Positions 20,309 through 30,214 of a stretch of 56,440 bases of DNA are shown piece after piece. Source of the stretch: Promethearchaeia archaeon (GTDB lineage Archaea > Asgardarchaeota > Lokiarchaeia > Sigyniarchaeales > SOKP01); the NCBI GenBank assembly GCA_029856145.1, contig JAHQWK010000005.1, forward strand, positions 1 through 56,440, in the 5' to 3' direction. Both the position numbers and the translations under genes were made by a program. Each line of letters starts with the position of its first letter. The stretch's first letter is position 1. The notes beneath the pieces are model-generated. The model was not told the origin of the DNA and did no database searches. It was given only the letters and a program-made list of their open reading frames with translations.

Positions 20309-21214
20309 ATGAATTTTTTTGATTCTAGTGCAAACATTAATGAAGATACTCAATTTGTAATTTTTGGTATACCTTGGGATTATTTAACATCAATTGATTT
20401 ACCTAACTCTTCAATTGCCCCTAAAAGAATCAGAGATGTAACAAATGATATTGGATGGACATCTGAATTGGGATGGCCAATCACTAAATTTAAAATTGCT
20501 GATGTTGGAAATATCCCTATTGAAAAAGCAAATATAGAAAAAAATCTCAATACAATAAAGAAATTCATAAAAAATTTGTATCAAAAGAATGAAAAAATAG
20601 TACCTGTTATGATTGGTGGAGATCATTTCTGTTCTTATCCTGTTATAAAGATTGTAGGGGATCTTTTTAATAAGAAAAAAGAATTGGGTGTGCTTATGTT
20701 TGATGCACATCTGGATTTTTACCAAGAATGGGATAAAGGGGTTTATTCTCATGCAACCATATCACATAGAGTTTATGATTTAGAATATATGAATAATACA
20801 AATCTTCTGATAGTAGGAGTCAGAGATATTGATATTCCAGAATTAGAAATCACAGAATCAGAAAATATCAAATATTTAAGTGCTTACCAATTGATAGACG
20901 GGCTTGATAATTATATAGAAAAGATAATTAGTTTTTTCAAAACATCAGGGATTAAATCCTTATATATTTCTATAGATATTGATTCATTAGACCCTTCTAT
21001 TGCTCCTGGTACTGGTTTTGCTATGCCAGGAGGATTTACCTATAGAGAATTGTGGAAAATTTTAAAAGATATATCTAAAAATTTTGATATAATAGGATTT
21101 GATTTGGTTGAAGTTGCGCCTAATCTAGATTTAGAAAATAAAATAACATGTAATTTAGCGGCCAAATTGATTATAGAATTTATTTCATTTATAGCTAATA
21201 AAAATAAACTATGA
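20309..21214 (+). CDS. speB: Agmatinase (ureohydrolase family)
   Basis: GGDH, DAHLD, SHAT, SIDIDSLDPSIAPGTG, DLVEV. Confidence 0.9.
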   Translation: MNFFDSSANINEDTQFVIFGIPWDYLTSIDLPNSSIAPKRIRDVTNDIGWTSELGWPITKFKIADVGNIPIEKANIEKNLNTIKKFIKNLYQKNEKIVPVMIGGDHFCSYPVIKIVGDLFNKKKELGVLMFDAHLDFYQEWDKGVYSHATISHRVYDLEYMNNTNLLIVGVRDIDIPELEITESENIKYLSAYQLIDGLDNYIEKIISFFKTSGIKSLYISIDIDSLDPSIAPGTGFAMPGGFTYRELWKILKDISKNFDIIGFDLVEVAPNLDLENKITCNLAAKLIIEFISFIANKNKL

Positions 21215-22164
21215 TTTTGATGTCAGATAAAAATTTAAAAGATATTTTAAGAAAAGTGAATCAATTTAAAATAACTGACAATACTGATATTGTAGAACTG
21301 ATAAATTCATTAAAAGATACTGGATTTAATGCAAAAAGATTAGCCTTAGCTTGCGAGATTTATAAGGAAATGATTAATACTTTAGGTTGTGTTAAATTTT
21401 TTGGATTAGCGGGAGCTCTTATTCCAGCAGGATTGCAAAGGGTTGTTTATGATTTTATAAATGAAGGATATATAGATGTTTTAGTAACTACAGGAGCAAA
21501 CCTAACGCATGATCTCGCAGAAGCTTTAGGATTTCAACATTTACAAGGAGATTTTGATCCTAATGGGCTCGATGACAAATATTTACACAGAGAAGAAATA
21601 AATAGAATTTATGATGTATTTATGCCAAATAAAGTATATGAAGGGATTGAAGATTTTGTATCAAAATTAGAAATACCAGATATTCAAATGTCAGTTAGTT
21701 CGTTTTTAAAATTTGTTGGAAAGCAACTCCCTAAAAATTCTTATTCCGTTCTCAGAGCTTGTTATGATAAAGATATTCCAATTTTTTGCCCCGCTTTTAC
21801 TGACTCTGGGTTAGCAATGCAATTAGGTTTTCATAACCAGAAACTAAATTTAAATCATTTCAAAGATATGTTAGAAATGGTAAATATTGCTTGGGATGCT
21901 AAACTTGCTGGGATGTGCATTATTGGAGGAGGTGTTCCAAAAAATTTTATTATGCAATCATTACAATTTTGCCCAAATTCTGCTACTTACGCTATCCAGA
22001 TTACTATGGATCGTCCTGAATCGGGAGGATTAAGTGGTGCTTCTTTAAGGGAAGCAATTTCATGGGGAAAAATAAATGAAAAAGCAAAATATTCTACTAT
22101 TATTTCTGATGCGACTATTGCACTACCAATAATATTATGGTTTTTAAAAAAAACGCATAAATAG
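21211..22164 (+). CDS. dys: Deoxyhypusine synthase
   Basis: TTGANL.HD, CPAFTDS, GGGVPKN and GGLSGA...EAISWGK (catalytic Lys present). Confidence 0.95.
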   Translation: MILMSDKNLKDILRKVNQFKITDNTDIVELINSLKDTGFNAKRLALACEIYKEMINTLGCVKFFGLAGALIPAGLQRVVYDFINEGYIDVLVTTGANLTHDLAEALGFQHLQGDFDPNGLDDKYLHREEINRIYDVFMPNKVYEGIEDFVSKLEIPDIQMSVSSFLKFVGKQLPKNSYSVLRACYDKDIPIFCPAFTDSGLAMQLGFHNQKLNLNHFKDMLEMVNIAWDAKLAGMCIIGGGVPKNFIMQSLQFCPNSATYAIQITMDRPESGGLSGASLREAISWGKINEKAKYSTIISDATIALPIILWFLKKTHK

Positions 22165-22173
22165 ATTAAATCT

Positions 22174-22635
22174 TTATAATATTCCTCTTAACTTTTGATC
22201 AATAGTTTGCGTATCGGTTCCAAAGATTGTATCAATAGATTGTTTGAAATCTTTAAATTGCGATACCTCAGATAAATTTTTACCTGTATTTAAAGATTTA
22301 AATTCTTTTAATACTTGTTTCAATAATGGTTGAATGACTTTATGAATGTATCTTTCTATTTTTTTCTCTTTATCTAATATAGCATAAGAGATTAGAAGTT
22401 CAGGCTCTATGCTATCTTCACTTGTTATTTTATCTTCAGTGAATGTAATAAGAAATTTTTTTCCTTCAAAATATTCTATAATATCCTCTGAAAAAGTAGA
22501 TTGAGCAAAATTTAAAAATGCGGTAAGAAGCCCACTTCTTAAGTCTGTATCAATTTTTCCTAATGATGTTTTGTGGTAACTTTTTTTTACTAAAGTAAAT
22601 CCTCTGAATAATACCCCAGCTTCTCTAACAACCAT
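22174..22635 (-). CDS. Longin-like domain protein
   Basis: DTDLRSGLLTAFLNFAQSTF longin helix; paralogue of 2017..2478. Confidence 0.7.
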   Translation of the reverse strand: MVVREAGVLFRGFTLVKKSYHKTSLGKIDTDLRSGLLTAFLNFAQSTFSEDIIEYFEGKKFLITFTEDKITSEDSIEPELLISYAILDKEKKIERYIHKVIQPLLKQVLKEFKSLNTGKNLSEVSQFKDFKQSIDTIFGTDTQTIDQKLRGIL

Positions 22636-22870
22636 TTTAAAGAATTAGTAATAATTAAATTAGTTTTTTAATATTTTCTTCCTTTTAAATATTCAATTCA
22701 ATATTTTAATTATACCCATTTATTATAATAAATTCTTTGATTCTCTTACTATTTGTTTTAATTTAGATATTTAATAAGAAATATTAAACCATAAATTTTT
22801 TTTTCTCTTAGATATTAAATATAAGGATAAAATAATAATAATAATAACTATTAAAGCAGCAAAGAGAGAG

Positions 22871-23272
22871 ATGAGCCCACAAGATTTAAGATGTAATCAG
22901 GGGCATTGGTTCCTTAAGAATCCTAGATTGAGGAAAATTAGGTATAAGCTAAGGTCTATGCTTCTAGCTCTATTTGAATTAAAAGAAGTTGAATTACTTC
23001 AGAAAATAGGTCAAGTTTCCCGAGACAAGTCTCTCTCACATGATAAGAGGACTGAGATGCGGAGACATCTCCGTAAAGAGAGGGAAGATTTAATCCTCTC
23101 TTTTTCTCAACGACCAATTAACTGCGCCATGTGTGGAGATAGGGAGGAAGATCTAATATATCAGCAAGATGACAATATGTGGGTGTGTCACAATCGCGAA
23201 GGATGCCATCAACGGGTTGAACAGTATGCTCAAAAAGTTCGAAAGATGTTGAAGGAGAGAATAGATAATTAA
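22871..23272 (+). CDS. Hypothetical protein with putative zinc finger
   Basis: Helical basic region, then CAMC...WVCH....C. Confidence 0.65.
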   Translation: MSPQDLRCNQGHWFLKNPRLRKIRYKLRSMLLALFELKEVELLQKIGQVSRDKSLSHDKRTEMRRHLRKEREDLILSFSQRPINCAMCGDREEDLIYQQDDNMWVCHNREGCHQRVEQYAQKVRKMLKERIDN

Positions 23273-23462
23273 TTTTTTTTTCTATGATAAAAATTAAATA
23301 GCTTTCTTCTTTGAATAATTAGCAAATCCATTGAGTTTTTATTTTTCCTGATTTAAGATCATAATATCATCGTAATTTCACCTGTGAGACAGAGCTCTAA
23401 AGAAATACTTTTTATCTTAATAATTATTTTATCATTCAAATGAGAGATCTGTTGGTGATTTT

Positions 23463-24659
23463 GTGGTAAGAAAAATTCCAAGCTCAAAAGTCAAAAAATG
23501 TGCTGAAAATATTACAAAAAGCATTAACATCAAAAAAGAGGGAGAATTCGTACTTATAAAAGGCGCATTTTATTGTCATGAGCTTTTAGAAGAAATAGCT
23601 TTAAGTGTTCTTAAAAAAGGAGGAATTCCACATATTACAGCAACAAGTGATTATTATGAGGAATCACTCTGGCAAGATGATAAGATTAAAGCTAAAACAA
23701 TAGAAAAACCACCGCTTCCTTATTTGGAGATGATTAAAAACATTGACGCTTATATAGTAATTGAATACCCAGAAGATCCTTTAATTCGTAATAATGCTCC
23801 AGAAGAAAAACTTAAAGCTTATCAAAAATCAGTTGCTCCAATACGAGAAATACTATATGGATTCAAAGAAGAATATGCACCAGGAAAAAAATGGTGTTAC
23901 GCTGCTTGGCCTTCGAAAAAAGCCGCAAATTTCTATAATATTGATTATGATTTGTTTGAAAAATTCATTGTTGATGGTATGAGCATCCCTTCAGAAGAAT
24001 TAACTAATATTACTAATAATTTAGGAAAATTTTTTGACAAAGCTAAAAAAGTTTATGTTACTGATGATTTTGGTACAGATTTTTGGGTTTCAATAGAAAA
24101 TAGAGTTAAAATTCTTGATGATGGGATACTTTCTGATGAACAAATTGCATTAGGAGACTTAGGTGGAAATTTACCCGCGGGAGAAGTATTTTTCCCTCCG
24201 AATGAAAAACAAGGAGAAGGCAAAATTTTTTGTCCATTAACAATTGAGAGATATTCTAATAAAATTTTGAAAAATGTAGAACTTAGTTTTAAGGATGGTA
24301 AATTATTATTGGATAAAGTCTCGGCTGAAACTAACTTAGATATCCTAATTAATGCTTTTAAACAAAGTGAAAAAATAGATAGAGAAAATAAAGTACCAGA
24401 AATAAGGACATATAATGTTGGTGAACTTGGTATTGGGTGTAATCCAATAATAAATAAAGCAATTGGATACATTCTTACAGATGAAAAAATTAATGGGAGT
24501 GTCCATGTTGCTTTTGGATTTAATAAGTCTTTTGGAGGTACATCAGCATCTCAAATGCATTGGGATTTTGTTACTGCTCCAAAAGCAAACATTACAGTAG
24601 AATATATGGATGGTTCTAAAAAAGACATAATGGAGAATGGAAATTTGATAAATGAATAA
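23463..24659 (+). CDS. Aminopeptidase, M29 family (thermophilic metalloprotease/AmpS-like)
   Basis: NLPAGEVF, GELGIG.N, DEKI.GSVHVAFG, S.MHWD. Confidence 0.92.
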   Translation: MVRKIPSSKVKKCAENITKSINIKKEGEFVLIKGAFYCHELLEEIALSVLKKGGIPHITATSDYYEESLWQDDKIKAKTIEKPPLPYLEMIKNIDAYIVIEYPEDPLIRNNAPEEKLKAYQKSVAPIREILYGFKEEYAPGKKWCYAAWPSKKAANFYNIDYDLFEKFIVDGMSIPSEELTNITNNLGKFFDKAKKVYVTDDFGTDFWVSIENRVKILDDGILSDEQIALGDLGGNLPAGEVFFPPNEKQGEGKIFCPLTIERYSNKILKNVELSFKDGKLLLDKVSAETNLDILINAFKQSEKIDRENKVPEIRTYNVGELGIGCNPIINKAIGYILTDEKINGSVHVAFGFNKSFGGTSASQMHWDFVTAPKANITVEYMDGSKKDIMENGNLINE

Positions 24660-24691
24660 TTACCTTTTTACAATTATATTACAACTTGTAT

Positions 24692-25177
24692 TTAAGGTAA
24701 TTCTTCTAAGAATTGAATTATTTTCTCTAAAACTTTTTTTTTAAAGGTAATACGATCTGTCTTGAAATTATATTGCTGGACATACATCTTTTCTTCGATT
24801 GAAATACCTATGAATACCAAACCTACAGGTTTTTCTGGTGTCCCTCCAGTTGGTCCAGCTATACCGCTAATTCCTATTCCAATATCAACATTAGAAAGTA
24901 CTCTTATATTATAAGCTAATTGTTTAACAACATTATCAGATACAGCACCATATTTCTCAATGATTTGCGGATCCACATTTAGTAGATCTATTTTAGTTTG
25001 ATTGCTATAACATACAATTCCTCTTTCAAATACTTTCGATGCTCCAGAGATATTAGTAAACATGTGTGAAACAAAACCCCCTGTACAAGATTCTGCAACT
25101 GCAATTTTTATGTTCTCATTAGAAAATTTTTTTATTATTTTTGAGATTCTTTCTAAAATATCCATAATTTTGCTCAT
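24692..25177 (-). CDS. CinA C-terminal domain / NMN amidohydrolase (PncC-like)
   Basis: AESCTGG, GAVS, SGIAGPTGGT.EKPVGLV. Confidence 0.93.
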   Translation of the reverse strand: MSKIMDILERISKIIKKFSNENIKIAVAESCTGGFVSHMFTNISGASKVFERGIVCYSNQTKIDLLNVDPQIIEKYGAVSDNVVKQLAYNIRVLSNVDIGIGISGIAGPTGGTPEKPVGLVFIGISIEEKMYVQQYNFKTDRITFKKKVLEKIIQFLEELP

Positions 25178-25315
25178 GTAAATATTTAATACGAGTCGTT
25201 ATTATTAATATAAAATAATAACAAATAAAAATAAATAAAAAAATAATATTGTATACTTTTGAATTATATTACATAATAACAGATTTAAATGAAATAATTC
25301 AACGAAGTGATTTAA

Positions 25316-25855
25316 ATGGGAAAAGATGACGTTACTAAAGGATTCGTATTTAAGATTACTGTAATAGGAGATGGAGCTGTAGGGAAGACTTCCTTAATTA
25401 AAAAATATACTCAAGGTAGCTTCCAAAAAGATTATATTAAGACCCTAGGCGCCCAATTCTCGAAATATGATGAAGAAATGGAGGGAGATAATTGTAAATT
25501 ATTCTTTTGGGATATTGCTGGACAACGGGAATTTGATTTCATGCGTCCCACATTTTACAAGGGTAGTAAAGCTGCAATCATAGTATTCTCCCATACTGAT
25601 GAAGATAGTTTTAATCATATAACAGATTGGCATGAAGATATTAAAAAATATACTGGGGATCTCCCAATTGTATTATTTGGTAATAAAACAGATTTAATTG
25701 ATGAAAAGGATTTAGATGACGAAATTATAATTGATATAGTTAAAGATAGCAATTTCCTTGGCTATTACAAGACATCTGCTAAAACAGGAAGCGGTGTTTA
25801 CGAAGCATTCCAAGCAATTATAAAAAAATTATATTACAAATACAAAGAAGAATAG
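25316..25855 (+). CDS. Rab-like small GTPase
   Basis: GDGAVGKT, TLG, WDIAGQ, GNKTD, TSAK. Confidence 0.95.
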   Translation: MGKDDVTKGFVFKITVIGDGAVGKTSLIKKYTQGSFQKDYIKTLGAQFSKYDEEMEGDNCKLFFWDIAGQREFDFMRPTFYKGSKAAIIVFSHTDEDSFNHITDWHEDIKKYTGDLPIVLFGNKTDLIDEKDLDDEIIIDIVKDSNFLGYYKTSAKTGSGVYEAFQAIIKKLYYKYKEE

Positions 25856-25858
25856 AAA

Positions 25859-26158
25859 ATGTATGAAGATATCAACCAAGGATATCCAAAGATTTTATTT
25901 TTTTCGTCAAATCATTGCGCACCTTGCATCCCAGTGGAAGAAAAGCTAAAGAGAATAAATATTTCACTATTCGGAAAAAAATTAAGAATTGAAAAAATCT
26001 CAATTGATTTGGAAGAAAATCGTCAGTTAACACAAGAGTATCGTATTTCATCAGTTCCCACATTAATTATAGCAGATAAGAGATTATCAGTAAATATACA
26101 AGAAGAAGAAATTATCGATGCGATACTTTATGCGTTTATATCTTCAGTCAAAATATAA
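25859..26158 (+). CDS. Thioredoxin-like protein (CAPC)
   Basis: FFSSNHCAPC and cis-Pro motif ISSVPTL; starts 3 nt after the GTPase stop. Confidence 0.85.
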   Translation: MYEDINQGYPKILFFSSNHCAPCIPVEEKLKRINISLFGKKLRIEKISIDLEENRQLTQEYRISSVPTLIIADKRLSVNIQEEEIIDAILYAFISSVKI

Positions 26159-26209
26159 ATTTACATAAATAAAAAAAATGTATAATAAAAATAAAAAAAG
26201 AAGTGAAAT

Positions 26210-26692
26210 TTGATGGATAGGCAATTACTCTCCAAAATTCTCGCTCAAATGAAAAAAAATTTAAGAGAGGGCAAAAACATCGGAGATATGAAAGTTGGTG
26301 CTTTATTAGCTTTAGGACACCAATTAGAAGCAATCTTTTACTATTTAGGCCATGAACTAGGAACAAACTTAAAAATTAAGCCCGTTAAGGAGATATCTCA
26401 AGTTCCAGATGAAATAAACCGAATTATTACTGAGTTTAATCTTGGAAAAGTTGAGATCACTGAAAGTACAGAAGAGATAGTACAGCTAAAATTAAAGGAC
26501 CATTCATCCATAAAAGATTTAATCAAAAAAGGAATTAGGACATCAGGAAGTTTTTGTTCATTTGAAGCAGGGTTATTAGCAGGAGTTGTAGAGAAATTAA
26601 GTGATCGTCATTGTTTTGCTCAAGAAATTGGATGTAGTTTACAAACCGGCGAGAATTATTGTACTTTCATGATTGTGTTTCAGAAAGATTAA
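26210..26692 (+). CDS. V4R domain protein (Bet3/TRAPP-related fold)
   Basis: FYYLGHELG, FNLGKV, FCSFEAGLLAGVVE, EIGC...GENYCTF. Confidence 0.88.
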   Translation: MMDRQLLSKILAQMKKNLREGKNIGDMKVGALLALGHQLEAIFYYLGHELGTNLKIKPVKEISQVPDEINRIITEFNLGKVEITESTEEIVQLKLKDHSSIKDLIKKGIRTSGSFCSFEAGLLAGVVEKLSDRHCFAQEIGCSLQTGENYCTFMIVFQKD

Positions 26693-26901
26693 TAAGATTA
26701 ATTAAATATTTTTTCTTATCCATTTTTTATATAAAGTATTAAACCACATGAAGTCCTATACATAATAATAATGTGGATGTAAAAATTTATTCAAGTTTGA
26801 TTCAATAAGAAATTAAATAATCAAAAATAAATTAAATAAAAATTATCAATATATTATCTCATAAAATTTAAATCAAAATTACTCAGAAAAGGTTTTTCAG
26901 A

Positions 26902-27429
26902 TTGGAACCTAGTTATATAATTAAGATTTGTTTGCTTGGGGAAGCAAATGTGGGGAAGACATCACTTGTATATAGATTTATTGAGAATAAATTTAGAGAA
27001 AATTATAAATCCACACTTGGTGTAAACCTTTTAAAGAAGGATATGAGTATTGCAGATTATGGTAGTGCTTCTGCTCAGATTTGGGATCTAGGGGGCCAAG
27101 AATCCTTTAAATCTCTTAGAAAGTTATATTTAGAGGGAGCTAATGGCGCATTGTTGGTTTATGATATGACTAGCAAGAAAAGCTTTGAAAAACTTGGTGA
27201 ATGGATACAAAGTTTTAGAGATGCTAGGGATGATGCTCCTATAATGTTAATAGGAAACAAATCTGATTTAAAAAAGCAAATTAAAATAACTGAAAATAAA
27301 TCCTCGGAATATGCTAAAGCAAATGATATGTCTTTAACTATAACTTCAGCTAAAACTGGTCGAAATGTTGAAGAGGCTTTTATACAATTAACTAAACGTA
27401 TTTTAGATCAGATCTCAGAAGATTCTTAA
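26902..27429 (+). CDS. Rab-like small GTPase
   Basis: GEANVGKT, STLGV, WDLGGQESF, GNKSD, TSAK. Confidence 0.95.
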   Translation: MEPSYIIKICLLGEANVGKTSLVYRFIENKFRENYKSTLGVNLLKKDMSIADYGSASAQIWDLGGQESFKSLRKLYLEGANGALLVYDMTSKKSFEKLGEWIQSFRDARDDAPIMLIGNKSDLKKQIKITENKSSEYAKANDMSLTITSAKTGRNVEEAFIQLTKRILDQISEDS

Positions 27430-27639
27430 ATTGCGATTTAGATAATTTCTTTTCTTTATTAATTTTTGAAAAAAATTATTTAATGACTATCAAAATTTGG
27501 TGATTTTAGCACTATTCTTTTTTAAATCTACCACCTTTATAAAGGAGGATTTATTTAAATAAAATTAACAAAAAAACCGTGAAATAAAGAATATTATTAT
27601 TTTACAAAATTTAAATCACAATTATCACTTATATTTATC

Positions 27640-28326
27640 ATGTCAGATGAAGAAATTGAAGATGAGTTAGTAGAAGAAGAAGAGAAAGAAGAAAAATCTA
27701 AAGGGAAAGAAGTGGAAGGAGAATACGATTATAAAACAGACTTAGATTATAAAATAGAAAACGTTGTAGCAACAGTTGTGGTGGAAATAACAGAGAAAAT
27801 AGATCTTAATCAGATTGCAAGACGCCATGCAGATGTAGAATATAACCCAGAACGTTTTCCCGGCCTTGTAATGCGAATTGAAAAACCTCGCGCTACTATT
27901 TTGATATTTTCTACCGGAAAAATGGTAGTTACTGGTCTTAGACAAGCATCAGAAGCAGAAAGAGTTGTTGATAAGGTTGTTAAAAATATTAGAAAAGCAG
28001 GAATAAAAGTAGCTAATCCAGAAATTACTATTCAAAATATTGTAGCTTCAGGTGATCTCCATACAAATATCGATCTAAATATGGCAGCAATTGTCATGGA
28101 ATATGCTATGTATGAACCAGAAGTATTCCCCGGTTTAATTTATCGGATGCAAGATCCAAAAACAGTATTTCTAATTTTTTCGACGGGAAGAATTGTGTGT
28201 ACAGGTGCAAAACGAAAAGAAATAGTTAGAGATGCGGTCTTAAAGTTGAACCAACAAGTTAGAGAATTAGGTGTAGCAAAAAAGGATATTGGAGATTCAG
28301 AATATCAAGATATTACTTTTATCTAA
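27640..28326 (+). CDS. tbp: TATA-box-binding protein
   Basis: Two repeats: YNPERFPGLV...LIFSTGKMVVTG and YEPEVFPGLIYR...LIFSTGRIVCTGA; acidic N-terminal extension. Confidence 0.98.
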   Translation: MSDEEIEDELVEEEEKEEKSKGKEVEGEYDYKTDLDYKIENVVATVVVEITEKIDLNQIARRHADVEYNPERFPGLVMRIEKPRATILIFSTGKMVVTGLRQASEAERVVDKVVKNIRKAGIKVANPEITIQNIVASGDLHTNIDLNMAAIVMEYAMYEPEVFPGLIYRMQDPKTVFLIFSTGRIVCTGAKRKEIVRDAVLKLNQQVRELGVAKKDIGDSEYQDITFI

Positions 28327-28381
28327 TTTATTTTTTATCTTTTTTATATTTGGACAATTGAATGTCAAGTAATAGATAGTT

Positions 28382-28720
28382 TTAAATTGTTTTCTTTTTG
28401 CTAATTGCATCAATTGAATTAATATATTCATTATATAATGCTTCAATTAGTTTATTTTCTTTAGCCTTAGTAATTACAAAAAGAAATAATTGATTTAGTG
28501 TAACATGGTTGCTTATTTTATAAATATCCTCTGTGAACCCGATACAATCGCTATATTGATCAAGGAAATTGCATAAAATATATCTATTTTCATTTCTCAT
28601 ATTTACTTTATTTAATACCCCAAACATTCTTAAAATTAACGGTGCTTGATATTTGATTTGATTATGCTGTATTGAGCGAAATAATTTTAGATGTTCATAT
28701 TTTTTTAGAGGAACCGACAT
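28382..28720 (-). CDS. Hypothetical protein
   Basis: Clean 112-aa ORF; no motif recognised. Confidence 0.65.
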   Translation of the reverse strand: MSVPLKKYEHLKLFRSIQHNQIKYQAPLILRMFGVLNKVNMRNENRYILCNFLDQYSDCIGFTEDIYKISNHVTLNQLFLFVITKAKENKLIEALYNEYINSIDAISKKKTI

Positions 28721-28810
28721 AAATAAAAAAAGAAGAAGGAAGTTTTTGAAAAGGAGTAATACTAGGGTAATACGAGAAAAGTATGCATTTTTATTTTCTA
28801 AGAAATTATA

Positions 28811-29089
28811 CTAGAATTCATAATCAAACCCTTTGAATTCATTTGTAGGAGGAGTAAATTCATGTTCTATTTTCTCGACTTGAGCATGCTTAGGACCTTG
28901 TTTAGAGAACTTTAATAATTCAAATAATTTATCCTGAGGTCCTTCAGCTTCAATATAGACGGTGCCATCAGACATATTTTTAACGTATCCAGTTAAACCT
29001 AATTTTCGAGCAACCTTCCTAGTAGTATAGCGAAAAAAAACACCTTGCACGTATCCGAATACTTTAATTTTTATCTTAGATACTTTCAT
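28811..29089 (-). CDS. acyP: Acylphosphatase
   Basis: VFGYVQGVFFR, GYVKN..DGTV, GP..AQV. Confidence 0.95.
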   Translation of the reverse strand: MKVSKIKIKVFGYVQGVFFRYTTRKVARKLGLTGYVKNMSDGTVYIEAEGPQDKLFELLKFSKQGPKHAQVEKIEHEFTPPTNEFKGFDYEF

Positions 29090-29742
29090 ACTCTCAAATA
29101 ATAAGAATCTTTCTCAGAGTCATATCCTACAACATTATTTTTTACAAGCGTTTCAAGGACACTTAATAACCATTGTTTTTTTGTCATTATCACCTTTTTA
29201 AAATCTTCAAGCTTTACTAGATCTTTAATTGCTAGCAAGAATAAGATTTTACTTTTTACAGGTAAATGATTTGTTTTTGTAATGAAATCGAATTTTACTT
29301 CATAATCATATTCTCTTGTTTTTAGAAAGGCAACCTCATTACTTAATTTTGTTATTACTTCATCAGTAGTACGGAAAGCATCCAAACTGATATGAAACAT
29401 CGCCTCTAGAGTTTCTTTTAATTTCTCTTCTTCTGTTAATTTATCAATCTCTTGATTAAATTTTTCGAGAATTTCTAAATAGTCATTACCATCATCAAAT
29501 TTGCTTAACACTAAAACAATTATGATTTCTTTTTTTTCATTATAATAAGAAACTGAGTTCCATTTTTTTTCTTCTGTAATAATGTAAGATTCAGTAAAGT
29601 TATGTGATATCGTTATTTGTTGTACCACTGGATTTGGAATTTCTAAGTCTTCAGGGAATTTTAAATAAATAATACCTCCCTCAACCTCATCCCAACGAAT
29701 TAAAAAGATACCATTTGGCATTGTATCTATTTCAGCGTCCAA
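29086..29742 (-). CDS. uDENN/longin-like N-terminal domain plus C-terminal winged helix
   Basis: IFLIRWDEVEGG.IYLKFP start (uDENN-like), coiled segment, then LETLVKNNVVGYD..KDSYYL wHTH. Confidence 0.55.
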   Translation of the reverse strand: MDAEIDTMPNGIFLIRWDEVEGGIIYLKFPEDLEIPNPVVQQITISHNFTESYIITEEKKWNSVSYYNEKKEIIIVLVLSKFDDGNDYLEILEKFNQEIDKLTEEEKLKETLEAMFHISLDAFRTTDEVITKLSNEVAFLKTREYDYEVKFDFITKTNHLPVKSKILFLLAIKDLVKLEDFKKVIMTKKQWLLSVLETLVKNNVVGYDSEKDSYYLRV

Positions 29743-29926
29743 TTAAATTCTTAATATTTTAAAAATCGTTTATTATTAAAAATATAATTATTATTTGCTT
29801 AATTAATCAATTATGATATCGTAATATATATATTTGACCTCAAGCTGGTAAAATTAAACCAGACTTAGAATGATTAACTAAAAAAATAAATAATACAACA
29901 TTGATCTGTCACTTAGAGGATACGAT

Positions 29927-30202
29927 ATGGCAGTATTTTATGTATATATTTTAGAAGTTATGGCTAAGAATGGAAAAAAAAGATATTACACTGGTTACAC
30001 CAATAATCTCTATAGGAGATGGAAGGAACATCGAAATGGAACTGGTGCTAAATTTTGTCGTGGTAAGAAACTTATTGAGTTAAAATATTTCGAAACTCAT
30101 CAAACTAGAAAGGAAGCTATGAGAAGAGAATTGCAAATCAAGTCCTTTTCAAGACAGCAAAAAGGAGAACTTATAAAGAGCATTAGTTTTAATACAAATT
30201 AG
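29927..30202 (+). CDS. GIY-YIG nuclease superfamily protein (UPF0213-like)
   Basis: FYVYIL...YYTGYTNNL.RR..EH..G.GAKF...EAMRRE..IK. Confidence 0.92.
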   Translation: MAVFYVYILEVMAKNGKKRYYTGYTNNLYRRWKEHRNGTGAKFCRGKKLIELKYFETHQTRKEAMRRELQIKSFSRQQKGELIKSISFNTN

Positions 30203-30214
30203 TTGATTTAATTT

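Noticed and set aside
29927-30202. GIY-YIG gene as homing endonuclease or mobile element
   Set aside because: Only 91 aa, stand-alone UPF0213 type, not inside an intron or intein, no flanking repeats.
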